The translations under genes were made by a program, and so were the position numbers. Below, in pieces: positions 48,773-58,302 of a stretch of 64,000 bases of DNA. Source of the DNA: an uncultured delta proteobacterium (GTDB lineage Bacteria > Desulfobacterota > Binatia > UBA9968); NCBI GenBank assembly GCA_963727625.1, contig CAVSHR010000004.1:1376001-1440000 (forward strand). The letters run 5' to 3'. Positions within the stretch are counted from its first letter, which is position 1; every line of letters starts with the position of its first letter. Under the pieces are notes generated by a model. The model had not been told where the DNA came from. It searched no databases and saw only the letters and a list, made by a program, of their open reading frames with translations.

Positions 48773-50803
48773 TTAGTCGCGTATCCCGGCCAGATCGAGC
48801 AGAAAAACATATGAAAAGGCGGTTTCATGATGGCGCCGGAATCTTCCGGTGGCGCCGCCATGCCCCGCTTCCATGTTGGTTTTGAGCAGTAGGCGATTCT
48901 TGTCGGTCTTGAGCTCGCGCAGTTTTGCCGCCCATTTGGCCGGCTCCCAGTATTGTACTTGGGAATCGTGCAAGCCGCCGGTAATCAGCATGGCCGGATA
49001 GGCTTTCCCCTCGACGTTGTCGTAAGGCGAGTAAGATAGCACGTAGTCGTAGTACTCCTTTTGGTTCGGATCTCCCCACTCGTCGTATTCCCCCGTCGTC
49101 AACGGAATCGATGAATCGAGCATCGTCGTAACCGCATCGACGAACGGCACTTCGGCGACAATGCCCTTGAATAAATCGGGCCGCACGTTGCTGATCGCGC
49201 CCATCAGCAAACCACCGGCGCTCCGTCCCATGGCGAAAAGTTTTTCAGGACCCGTAAGCTTTACGCGAATCAGGAACTCCGCGCACGCGATGAAGTCGGT
49301 AAAAGTATTTTTTTTCTTGAGCAGCTTCCCGTCATCGTACCAGTGCCGCCCGAGCTCCTGGCCGCCCCGCGCATGGGCGATGGCGTAAATGAATCCGCGA
49401 TCGACCAGACTGAGACGCGGCGATGAAAACGCCGCGTCGATGCTAAAACCGTAAGCCCCATAGCCGTAAAGCAGCAGCGGATTGTTGCCGTTCCGCGGTG
49501 TTCCTTTGCGGCAAAACAACGAGATCGGAATCTCAGTTCCGTCCGGCGCGCGCGCATAAAGCCGCTCGGAGACATAGTTATCGGGATCGAATCCGCCCAG
49601 CACCGCTTCACGCTTGAGCAAAGTCTTTTGGCCGCTGGCCATATCGTAATCGTAGATCGACAACGGCGTCTTCATCGACGTGTATTCGAAGCGCAACAGG
49701 ATCGTGTCGAACTGCAAGTTGACGTTAAGATTGGCTCGATAAGCCGGTTCGTCGAACTCCAGGTAATGATCGGCGCCGCCAGACCAGGGAGTGATGCAGA
49801 TCTGCGTCAAGCCGCGGGCCCGCTCCTCCAGCACCAGGTAATCGCGAAAAAGCTCGAAATCGGCGAGATAAACATCATTTCGGTGTGGTATGATTTCCCG
49901 CCAGTACTCCCGTCCCGGCCGATCCAAGGACGTCTCCATCAGGCGAAAATTCATGGCCTGATCATTCGTGCGAATGATGAAGCGGTCACCGAAGTGTTCG
50001 ACGTGATACTCATGGTTGCGCCGACGCGCCTGAAACAGCTTGAATTCGCCGAACGGCTGGTCCGCTTCCATAAAGCGGTATTCCTGGCTGTTGGTATGCG
50101 AAGAGACCAAAAACAGGAATCGCCTCGATTTGGATTTGAAAATATAAGCAACGAAGGTTTCGTCGTCCTCCTGGTAAACCGGCTGATCCTCAGCCGGATC
50201 GGTGCCAAGGACGTGGCGCCAGATTTGATGCTGGCGCAGAGTGATCTCGTCCTGCTTGCCGTAAAAGAGCGTCTTGTTGTCGTTGGCCCAAGTCAAATTT
50301 TCAGTCACATTTGGCAGCACGTCGGCGAGCTTCTCGCCGGTGGTCAGGTTCTTGAAATAGATTGTGTAAATTCTTCTTCCCTGAGTATCCACCGCGTAGG
50401 CGAGAATATCCTGGCCAGAGCTCACCGCCGAGCCGCCGATGGCAAAAAACTCATGCCCTTCGGCCAACTGGTTGGCATTCAGCATAATTTCTTCCGCATG
50501 CTCCAGCGTGTCGCGCTTGCGCGCGTAGATCGGATACTCTTTCCCCTGCTCGTAGCGCGTGTAGTAATAATAGTCGTCGCGCTTGTACGGCACCGACATG
50601 TCGGTCTGTTTGAACCGCCCGATGATCTCCTCGAATAGTTTTTTCTCAAACTCGCGCGTATGCGCCATTTCTTTGGCGGCGTATTCATTCTCTTCGTTGA
50701 GATACTCGATCACTTCGGGATTGTCCCGTTCGCGCAGCCAATAATAGTTATCCACGCGCACATGGCCGTGCTTCTCAAGCTTAAACGAAATTTTTTTGGG
50801 CAT
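48773..50803 (-). CDS. ptrB: Oligopeptidase B (peptidase S9A)
   Basis: VRVDNYYWLR, GRSAGGLL, VPFVDAVTTMLD, HDSQVQYWEPAKW and AGHGG motifs. Confidence 0.93.
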   Translation of the reverse strand: MPKKISFKLEKHGHVRVDNYYWLRERDNPEVIEYLNEENEYAAKEMAHTREFEKKLFEEIIGRFKQTDMSVPYKRDDYYYYTRYEQGKEYPIYARKRDTLEHAEEIMLNANQLAEGHEFFAIGGSAVSSGQDILAYAVDTQGRRIYTIYFKNLTTGEKLADVLPNVTENLTWANDNKTLFYGKQDEITLRQHQIWRHVLGTDPAEDQPVYQEDDETFVAYIFKSKSRRFLFLVSSHTNSQEYRFMEADQPFGEFKLFQARRRNHEYHVEHFGDRFIIRTNDQAMNFRLMETSLDRPGREYWREIIPHRNDVYLADFELFRDYLVLEERARGLTQICITPWSGGADHYLEFDEPAYRANLNVNLQFDTILLRFEYTSMKTPLSIYDYDMASGQKTLLKREAVLGGFDPDNYVSERLYARAPDGTEIPISLFCRKGTPRNGNNPLLLYGYGAYGFSIDAAFSSPRLSLVDRGFIYAIAHARGGQELGRHWYDDGKLLKKKNTFTDFIACAEFLIRVKLTGPEKLFAMGRSAGGLLMGAISNVRPDLFKGIVAEVPFVDAVTTMLDSSIPLTTGEYDEWGDPNQKEYYDYVLSYSPYDNVEGKAYPAMLITGGLHDSQVQYWEPAKWAAKLRELKTDKNRLLLKTNMEAGHGGATGRFRRHHETAFSYVFLLDLAGIRD

Positions 50804-50966
50804 CTGAATCCTCGGCCCGGCCGAGGATCGGCCAGGACGGTCAATTCTAGCCGATTCTCGCGGGCACCTCTAGGTTGAGTTCCAACCCAACGCCAATCTA
50901 CGACTTCCGGTCAGCAAAGCCACAATCGGACAGTCAAACGCGGTCTCTCCGATGGAAAGTAAAACC

Positions 50967-51073
50967 GTACGGTGGGTTGAGGAGTAGGCCGCCAAAACCC
51001 ATCCAGGTTTTAATAGACTGCCGCTCGTCCGGCGGGTTGCGGCCGGTGTATCGCTTCGCTCCACCCTTCCTGA
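50967..51073. repeat. Degenerate inverted pair of GTAG-type REP-like palindromes
   Basis: GTACGGTGGGTTGAGG...AAACCCATCC (50967-51004) and, on the minus strand, TCAGGAAGGGTGGAGCGAAGCGATACACC (51073-51045). Confidence 0.45.
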
Positions 51074-51443
51074 GAAACTGCCACCTTACCAGTGAATCCG
51101 ACGACTTGTTATCGGGACGCGGACCCTGCGCGGCATGTCGCTTATGAGTCTTTACGGACCAATTCCAAGCTGAGCACCTGGTTAGCGTTGCCTTTCGCGC
51201 GCAGCGCTTTCCCCATCGGTGGTCATGAATCTGTTCACCAGAGCCGCATTCTCGCGTCGATTGACCACCACCGCAGCCCGCCCCCGCTCGTTGACACTGC
51301 GATGATTCATCGGCTACTCTCCACCCAAGCGAAATTCAACTTGCTCAATCCTGCTTGGAAGATGCGATGCGAAAACTAGAATTGACTCGGCTCACCGCCG
51401 CCAATTCCTCGGCGGCCATGCAACCCGATCCAAAGCCCAACCC

Positions 51444-53378
51444 TTGACGATGAAACTTCGCTTCAATCCGCCGCCAAGCATGCGGTGCGGCGCGCTTGGC
51501 TTCTTTCTTATCGCTCTGTTCTCATGGGCGGCGCCACAAATCGCCTTCAGCCAGACTGCGACTAAGGCGATCGTCCTCGCATGGGACGGCACCGTGCCGG
51601 CCTTTGCCCGCGAATTGCTGCGCCAGGGTAAACTCCCTAACCTGGCGAAATTGATCAAAGGCGGCGCTTTTGCCGACGACGTCAAACCAGGGTTTCCATC
51701 CAAGACCGCGCCGGGATTTGCCTCCTTGATCACCGGCGCGCCGCCGCGCGTGACCGGCATCACCGGCAATCGAGTGCCGCGCGCGCCCCGCGCCGACTTC
51801 ACCATCATCGAAAGCCTCGCGGGCTTCTCCGCTGCGCCGTTACGCGCGGAATCGATCTGGGCCGCCGCCCGGCGCGCCGGCAAGCGAGCGATCGTCTCGC
51901 ATATTCCCACCTTTGCCGGCGAGCGCGCCGAAGGCATTGTCAGGTTTTCCGGCTACACGTTGATCGCCGGCCGTGACGGCATCGTAACCAAGGACTCAGC
52001 GCAGAGCGCGGCGGGCGGCGCGTGGCAAAATGCGCCGCCGAGCAATGCGCTGCCCATGGAAATCAGTTTCAGCATCGGCGCAACGAGATTTTTTGGTCTG
52101 CTCATCGACGACCCCGACGACGCACAAGAGGGTTACGATACGCTGGCGCTCGCCACTGCGCGCGACGGCAGCGAAATCAAGGTCAGGCTCAAGCCCGCGC
52201 CGGCGGGCCCCGGCGGCGAGTTCTTTTGGAGCCAACCAATCGCGGTGAGGACCAACAAAAATCAGGAAGCCAAATTGTATTTTCGCCTCTTCGATCTCAA
52301 GTTCGACGGCAGCGATTTTTTTCTTTATCACACCCGGCCGGTGCGCGATTTGCCGCTCGCGGCCGATGGCAACGCGACCGCCAGCCCCACAGTGTTCAGT
52401 TTTGTCGGCAACGGTGCGTCAATTTTGTTTAAACGAGGCGGCTTCGGCCGTACGATCCCCAACGGCGGCAACGGCGGCGCCGAAGAGCGCTATATCGAGA
52501 CCCTCGCCTTCGCGCAGCATCAATTAATGGAAACCAACCGATGGGCGATGGAAAATCTTCCCTGGGACCTATATTTCGCTTATTCACCGTTTCCCGATGA
52601 AGCCGAGCATCTGTGGCGCGGCTACCTTGACGCAAGTTTGCCCAGTTATAAGCAAGAGGCCGCCGAGCGCGTGCGCCCGTACTTGGAACGAGCGTACCGA
52701 AGCGCCGATGAGCACCTCGGCCTGCTGCTGAGTAAGCGGCCCGCTGGCGCATTGTTCGCGTTGATCTCCGATCACGGTCTTCAAGGCGTCGACAAACGCG
52801 TCGCCCTGAATCAGGCGCTCCAACGCGAAGGATTGCTGGTCCTCGATAGCCATGGCCGAGTGGATCTAAGCAAAACCAAGGTGCTCTATCCAGCGGTCAA
52901 CAACGGATACTTGTTGATCAACTCGAAAGACCGCAAGGAGGGCATCGTCGGGAATGATGAACGCGCCGGGTTGGTCGACAAGGTGCGCAAATTGTTGCTG
53001 GCCCTACGCGACGGCGAGCACCCGGTGGTCAAAGCGGTTTTCGATGCCGCGATCGACGGCCCGTCCATGGGCATCGGCGGCGAAGTCGGCGGCGATATTT
53101 ACGTCGAGCTTGCGCCTGGCTACGACTTCGATCCACGCATCGCCGCCGGCGCCTTAATCACCACCACCCAACCCTATGGCAATCATGGCGCCAATCCCGA
53201 ACAAAGCGCGATGCATACCCTGATGGTCTTCAACGGTCCGGGAGTACGTGCCGGCCTGAAACTTACCGGTGTGCGCATCATTGACTTTGCGCCGACGCTG
53301 GCCTGGCTGCTTAATCTGCCCAAGCCCAGGGACGCCACCGGCCGAGTGCTGTTTGAAACCTTGGTCGCGCCGCATTGA
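51444..53378 (+). CDS. Exported alkaline-phosphatase-superfamily nucleotide pyrophosphatase/phosphodiesterase
   Basis: Signal peptide; VLAWDG, PSKTAPG (Thr nucleophile), DEAEH, ISDHG, GNHG and IIDFAPT motifs. Confidence 0.85.
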   Translation: MTMKLRFNPPPSMRCGALGFFLIALFSWAAPQIAFSQTATKAIVLAWDGTVPAFARELLRQGKLPNLAKLIKGGAFADDVKPGFPSKTAPGFASLITGAPPRVTGITGNRVPRAPRADFTIIESLAGFSAAPLRAESIWAAARRAGKRAIVSHIPTFAGERAEGIVRFSGYTLIAGRDGIVTKDSAQSAAGGAWQNAPPSNALPMEISFSIGATRFFGLLIDDPDDAQEGYDTLALATARDGSEIKVRLKPAPAGPGGEFFWSQPIAVRTNKNQEAKLYFRLFDLKFDGSDFFLYHTRPVRDLPLAADGNATASPTVFSFVGNGASILFKRGGFGRTIPNGGNGGAEERYIETLAFAQHQLMETNRWAMENLPWDLYFAYSPFPDEAEHLWRGYLDASLPSYKQEAAERVRPYLERAYRSADEHLGLLLSKRPAGALFALISDHGLQGVDKRVALNQALQREGLLVLDSHGRVDLSKTKVLYPAVNNGYLLINSKDRKEGIVGNDERAGLVDKVRKLLLALRDGEHPVVKAVFDAAIDGPSMGIGGEVGGDIYVELAPGYDFDPRIAAGALITTTQPYGNHGANPEQSAMHTLMVFNGPGVRAGLKLTGVRIIDFAPTLAWLLNLPKPRDATGRVLFETLVAPH

Positions 53379-53434
53379 CAACAAACCAACTGCGCCGGCC
53401 CGCGGTGGGCAGGGACTCCGAAGGAGAAGCGATC

Positions 53435-54736
53435 ATGAGCGATAAATCAAATTGGCAACCGCCCGCCATCGTTACCAAGGAGGAAGTGTTACATCTCAAT
53501 CAGCAGGTCACCGCGCTGCGAGAGCTGCCGATGAATATCCGCGAAGACATCTTTCGCATCCACGCTCTGGAAATGGACTGGGACATCGGCGCGGTGGCTT
53601 ATCAACCGCAAGACCAGAGTAAAATACCCACCGGTGCCGACGGCAAAAAAGTCGGCGTGTTTTTGCTCCATGGCGGCGTCTCCGACTTCAAATCGGTCGA
53701 GCGTATCGCGCAAACCCTCGCGTCAAAATTTGCTTTTAAGGTGACAACCCTGACCTTTCCCGGCCGATTTTATTTATTGGAACCGAGCCGGGACTGGCCC
53801 GGCGATGTCGAGTACGACGACGGCACGGCACGGACGCCGTTGTGGAGCAAAGAGACGCGCATTACCAAGGATCAGTATACGATTGTCCAGGACACCTCGA
53901 AGCGCGAAGACTACGGCACCCTCGTGTCGCTGGCGGCGAAGCCTGGCACGGAGTTTTTCTATCGCATGGCCGCCTGGCCGGCGGCCTTTGAAACGGCGAT
54001 CCAGGAAACCTGCCGGCGCCAGTTTCCCGAGGGAGAATTCTCGATCTACATGCACGGCCACTCCACCGGCGGCCCCTTCGCCATGATGGCCTCGCAGCGC
54101 GTCGCCAACGTCGCCGGCTTGGTCGGCTACGGCAGCTCGCCGTTCGGCTGGATGTACCCGATCATCAGCGGCGACGATTGGGAATTTCCTTTCCACCTAT
54201 TGCGCCTGCGCACCTGGCGTGACACCGCCCGCTATATGTATGAGGGCATGAAAGATCAGAACATCGGCTTGCCCATGCTGATCGAATTGACCTTTGAGCG
54301 CTGGGAGAGCGCCAAAAAGCGCCCCAACTTCAAGGCCGAGGACTTCATCCACAAGAATTCGACCAAAGCCTTGGAAGACGCCGCCCGGGTCTCGGCCGAA
54401 CGATTGAAGCTATCCAATCAAGAGAGCGACGCTTTGGTGCAACGATATCTGGGGTATACCCGCGAGCTCGCCGGCCGTGGAGCTAAGCCCGTGCCGAATT
54501 TTCTTTCGCTCCACGGCATCAACGACAACACGGTGACCCTACAGCGCTGCCAGCACTCCCTGCCGCTCTTCGCCAAACTCAACCCCGCGCCCAAAGTAAC
54601 CCCGGTCTCCCTCGGCGCCGGCGTGCATTCTTGGGGCTGGTCCGATGACACGCTGCCGCTCGGCATCGTGCCGCCGGTCGCCCAGCTCTGGCATGACGCG
54701 ATCATGAACGGGTATTTCGTTGGGCGCGAGGCGTGA
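53435..54736 (+). CDS. Alpha/beta-hydrolase-fold protein of unknown substrate
   Basis: FLLHGG, GHSTGG nucleophile elbow, HGINDNTV and GVH; AAGGAG RBS. Confidence 0.7.
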   Translation: MSDKSNWQPPAIVTKEEVLHLNQQVTALRELPMNIREDIFRIHALEMDWDIGAVAYQPQDQSKIPTGADGKKVGVFLLHGGVSDFKSVERIAQTLASKFAFKVTTLTFPGRFYLLEPSRDWPGDVEYDDGTARTPLWSKETRITKDQYTIVQDTSKREDYGTLVSLAAKPGTEFFYRMAAWPAAFETAIQETCRRQFPEGEFSIYMHGHSTGGPFAMMASQRVANVAGLVGYGSSPFGWMYPIISGDDWEFPFHLLRLRTWRDTARYMYEGMKDQNIGLPMLIELTFERWESAKKRPNFKAEDFIHKNSTKALEDAARVSAERLKLSNQESDALVQRYLGYTRELAGRGAKPVPNFLSLHGINDNTVTLQRCQHSLPLFAKLNPAPKVTPVSLGAGVHSWGWSDDTLPLGIVPPVAQLWHDAIMNGYFVGREA

Positions 54737-54787
54737 GCCCAAATCACCTTTGTCGAGCGCTCAACAGTTGTAACTTAAAACCTTGAA

Positions 54788-54838
54788 GTTCGAGCCGCGC
54801 GAGAGCTCGGCTTGAACGATTTGAACTGTTTGAACGAA
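54788..54838. repeat. Hairpin plus three tandem 9-mers (TTGAACnnn)
   Basis: GTTCGAGCCG..CGGCTTGAAC stem; TTGAAC at 54812, 54821 and 54830. Confidence 0.7.
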
Positions 54839-54855
54839 ATCATTAGGGTGACGTT

Positions 54856-55392
54856 ATGGCGGACAAAGATCATTTGATACTGACGGCGATCGGCCCGGAT
54901 CAAGTCGGCCTGGTGCAGAAGATCTCGGCATTCATCTCGCGCCATGGTTGCAACATCGAGGACAGCAAGATGGCGGTTTTTTGCGGTGAGTTCGCAGTCA
55001 TTGTGCTGATCAGCGGCGACTTCGCCGCTCTCGACCAGATCATGGGCAACTATCGAGAAATCGAAAACGAAACCGGCCTGTCGATTTCAATCAAAGCACC
55101 GCTGATGCGCACGCCGCCGCAAGCCTTCTTGCCCTACAAGCTCACGGCCTCCTGCATGGATCATCCCGGCATCGTTTACCGGATCAGCAACGTATTGAGC
55201 AGCCTCGGCGTGAATATCGAGTCGATGGAGACCAAAACTTACGCTGCGCCGGTCAGCGGTACGCCTATTTTTCAACTCGAAGCGGATCTCGCCGTGCCGA
55301 CCCGGACGAATATCAATCAGCTGCGCGAGCGCTTCAACGAAATCCAGCGCGAAGAAAATATCGACATCGACTTGGCCGCGATCAAAAGCTAG
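54856..55392 (+). CDS. Tandem ACT-domain protein (GcvR-like)
   Basis: LTAIGPDQVGLV..GCNIEDSKM and CMDHPGIV..GVNIESM. Confidence 0.88.
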   Translation: MADKDHLILTAIGPDQVGLVQKISAFISRHGCNIEDSKMAVFCGEFAVIVLISGDFAALDQIMGNYREIENETGLSISIKAPLMRTPPQAFLPYKLTASCMDHPGIVYRISNVLSSLGVNIESMETKTYAAPVSGTPIFQLEADLAVPTRTNINQLRERFNEIQREENIDIDLAAIKS

Positions 55393-55505
55393 CTTTCGCT
55401 ATTCAAAGGCCGGCCACCTTCGAGCAGCTTGCGAATTTTTCTCCGCTTTTTTTCCAGCGCTCGGTACGACTTGACCGGCTGGAACGATTGGATCGAAATG
55501 TCAAT

Positions 55506-56795
55506 CTAACGCGTTTGAGCGTGGGGTACCGCCCCAGAGTCTGGGGCCTGTTCAGTCTCCAGCGAGTTTTGTTTGCGCCCGAGCCATAACCCATTGATTA
55601 GCCAGGCAAGCGAGATCGGTACCGCCACCACGGCGATGCCGGTCATGCCCATGCCGAGCCAAGCCAGAGCCCCATAGGACCACGCGCCCACTTGATCGCC
55701 CGATCGGTAAATCACCGTGTCGATAAAACTCTTAGCTTTATATTTGTCCTCACGCGGCACGACCGTGAACAACACTTCGCGCGCCGGCCTGGCGAAGGCG
55801 AAGTTGCCGGCGCGCCGGATCACCTGATAGGCCACCAGCACTGCGATCGTCGGTGTCAACGCCAGCGTACTGAAGCCGATGATACTGATCAGCGGCAGCG
55901 CCGCCAGGGTGAGCGCTACGCCGAACCAGCGCAGCACCCGGCCGGTGAGAAAGAGTTGCCCTCCCAGCGTCAGAATATTCACCCATAGATCGACCCGAGC
56001 GAAGAAGGCCGTGCGTGCGCCGCGTGACACAAAGCTTTGCTTGACGATCTCGGCCTGCTGAAAATAAAGAAACGTCGACGTGATCGCGAACAGCAAAATA
56101 AAAAGGCACAGGTTGATCAGGTACGGCGAGGCGAGAGCATGTTTGAAACCGGAGAGCGCCGAACCGCCGATGGGCGATTCATCACGGGGCGCCGACGGTC
56201 TCAGATGCAAGGCGTCGGATAAACGGGAAAGACGCCGCACGCAAAAAATTGCCGCCTCCAGAAGCGTGGCGGATGCCAACAATAGATAGCTCGCCCGCAC
56301 GTGACTTGCCAGCGCGGCGGTGACGCTCGAGCCGACGATGCCGCCGACGGTCGCACCCGCGGCGATGAAACCGAAGAGCCGCTTGCCCTGCTCGGCATCG
56401 AAGACATCGACGATCAAGGCCCAAAACACCGACACCACGAACAGATTGAAAATTGAAACCCAAATAAAAAACAGCCGGCCGATCCATATATTTTCCGCCG
56501 CGCTGGCGCCATGCAGGAACAAGGCAAAAAAAAGTAGATTGACGAGAAAGAAACGATAGCTGGCAGCGATGAACTTAACTCGAGGCAACCGCGCAACTAG
56601 GGCGGCGAAAGCCGGATTGACCGCGATCATGCCGACCAAGGTGCCGGTAAACAGCCAGGGCAAATTCTCCACGCCTCCGGCGACCCCCATCTCGTCGCGG
56701 ATCGGCCGCAAAATATAATAAGAAAAAAGAACCGAAAAAATGTAAAGCCAGGCCCAACCGAGCGCGCGCAACTCGCTCGGCTGGACCGCAATCAC
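55506..56795 (-). CDS. NTT/TLC (ATP:ADP antiporter)-like MFS transporter
   Basis: YYILRPIRDEMG, FNLFVVSVFW, QGKRLFGFIAAG and AREVLFT..EDKYKAKSFIDTVIYRSGD motifs; the start may be CTG 56855. Confidence 0.85.
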   Translation of the reverse strand: MIAVQPSELRALGWAWLYIFSVLFSYYILRPIRDEMGVAGGVENLPWLFTGTLVGMIAVNPAFAALVARLPRVKFIAASYRFFLVNLLFFALFLHGASAAENIWIGRLFFIWVSIFNLFVVSVFWALIVDVFDAEQGKRLFGFIAAGATVGGIVGSSVTAALASHVRASYLLLASATLLEAAIFCVRRLSRLSDALHLRPSAPRDESPIGGSALSGFKHALASPYLINLCLFILLFAITSTFLYFQQAEIVKQSFVSRGARTAFFARVDLWVNILTLGGQLFLTGRVLRWFGVALTLAALPLISIIGFSTLALTPTIAVLVAYQVIRRAGNFAFARPAREVLFTVVPREDKYKAKSFIDTVIYRSGDQVGAWSYGALAWLGMGMTGIAVVAVPISLAWLINGLWLGRKQNSLETEQAPDSGAVPHAQTR

Positions 56796-56890
56796 CCACC
56801 GGAGCAGCTTGTGAACCGCGCGGTCGTTCGAGATGGTGGATTGTTCCGGTTCCAGCTTAGACCTCGCCGTTCACCGCTGACGCGATCCGA

Positions 56891-57817
56891 TCACAGACGA
56901 TCGATGAATTGTTCCATCTTGCGCCGCGTCGCCCCATCCGGCAGCCGGCCGCGCGCCGCGCCCAGATTATCGACGACATATTCCGGTTTCGCCATGCCTG
57001 GCACGGCACAGGTGATGGCGGGATGGGACACGATGTATTTGAGAAAGAACTGCGCCCAGCTCTTGCATTCAAACTCTCCCGCCCACTCGGGAAGCTTTTT
57101 TCCCTGCACTGCGCTGAACAGCCGACCGCGACCGAAGGGCAGATTGATCATCACCGCCATGCCACGATCGCCCGCCAGAGGAATAATACGTTCACCGGCA
57201 TTGCGGTTGTCCAGCGCGTAATCCACTTGAATAAAGTCCAGGGACTCCTTCTTCATCACCTGCTCGAGCTCGCCGTACTGCCTGTCGAAAGAAGTCGTGG
57301 TGCCAACATAACGGATGCGCCCGGCCTGCTTCAAATCGCGAAGCGTGCGCAATTGTGTTTCGGTGTCACGCAGGTTGTGCACCGCGATCAAATCGATTTT
57401 GTCGGTTCTGAGACGCTTGAAAGACTCCTCGATCTGCGCGATTCCCCCCTCGCGCCCGACCTTGCGCAAACTCACCTTGGTGGCGAGAAACAGCGAATTG
57501 CGCACCTTGAGGCCATCGACTAGTTCGCCCACCACCGCTTCTGCGGCGCCGTAGGAAGGCGAAGTGTCGATCACTTTGCCGCCCAGCGCTTGAAACTGCC
57601 GGATGGTTTCCCGGAGCGGCGCTTTCTCAACGTCGTTTTTAATTTCCTCGTAACGGCGCGCCGTGCCGATGCCGATGATCGGAATAGCTTCGCCGGAGGA
57701 TGGAATTTTCTTTTGGATCAGCGGCTGTGCCTGAGCGAACAGCCCCTTTTCAGGCAGCAGCATCGCCGCGCCCAGTCCAATCCCGGCCTTGAGCATACTT
57801 CGGCGATGAATGTCCAT
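56891..57817 (-). CDS. Aldo/keto reductase with a twin-arginine signal peptide
   Basis: MDIHRRSMLKAGIGLGAAMLL signal; catalytic tetrad in IDTSPSYG, LATKV and AVHN. Confidence 0.9.
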   Translation of the reverse strand: MDIHRRSMLKAGIGLGAAMLLPEKGLFAQAQPLIQKKIPSSGEAIPIIGIGTARRYEEIKNDVEKAPLRETIRQFQALGGKVIDTSPSYGAAEAVVGELVDGLKVRNSLFLATKVSLRKVGREGGIAQIEESFKRLRTDKIDLIAVHNLRDTETQLRTLRDLKQAGRIRYVGTTTSFDRQYGELEQVMKKESLDFIQVDYALDNRNAGERIIPLAGDRGMAVMINLPFGRGRLFSAVQGKKLPEWAGEFECKSWAQFFLKYIVSHPAITCAVPGMAKPEYVVDNLGAARGRLPDGATRRKMEQFIDRL

Positions 57818-58022
57818 AGGAACAGCTCCTTTTCGCGCTCAAGTCATCTAACACTGCGCGAGGGGCGATGCAAGAAACTGCGACTTAGAAAACCTCCGAA
57901 CGATGAAAGCGGAACCTGGCTGCCGATACTCTATCGAAGCCTCTTCCTCCTGTACTTTTCTGAGCGCGGCATTAGCATCGGCGGCCGTTGCGAATGGCAA
58001 ACCTCAAAGCGAGGGCGACAAG

Positions 58023-58302
58023 ATGGGGCACAGTATTATTGAGCAACTAAATCAAACTGCACGCGCCTTCGCCCGGGAACAAAAGCAAAAGGAATTCACC
58101 GGCAAGCTCACGCCGGCCCGCGCCCGCGACCTGACGCCGCAGCGTGCGCGTGCTCAATCCGCGTCCCTTTCCCACCGCCGGCGGAATTCAAACCGTGCTC
58201 GCCGAAATCGCCAAGGAAGCCAAAGATATAACATTCAAGTTCGACGATTTTGTCGACATGCGGGCGCTCAGAGAGTTGGAAAAAGAACGGGTCTTCAAAT
58301 AG
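58023..58302 (+). pseudogene. Fused remnants: 5' stub of an unknown gene and 3' end of an ABC substrate-binding-like protein
   Basis: ATG 58023 gives MGHSIIEQLNQTARAFAREQKQKEFTGKLTPARA. A different frame, 58135-58302, gives RSVRVLNPRPFPTAGGIQTVLAEIAKEAKDITFKFDDFVDMRALRELEKERVFK*. Confidence 0.45.
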
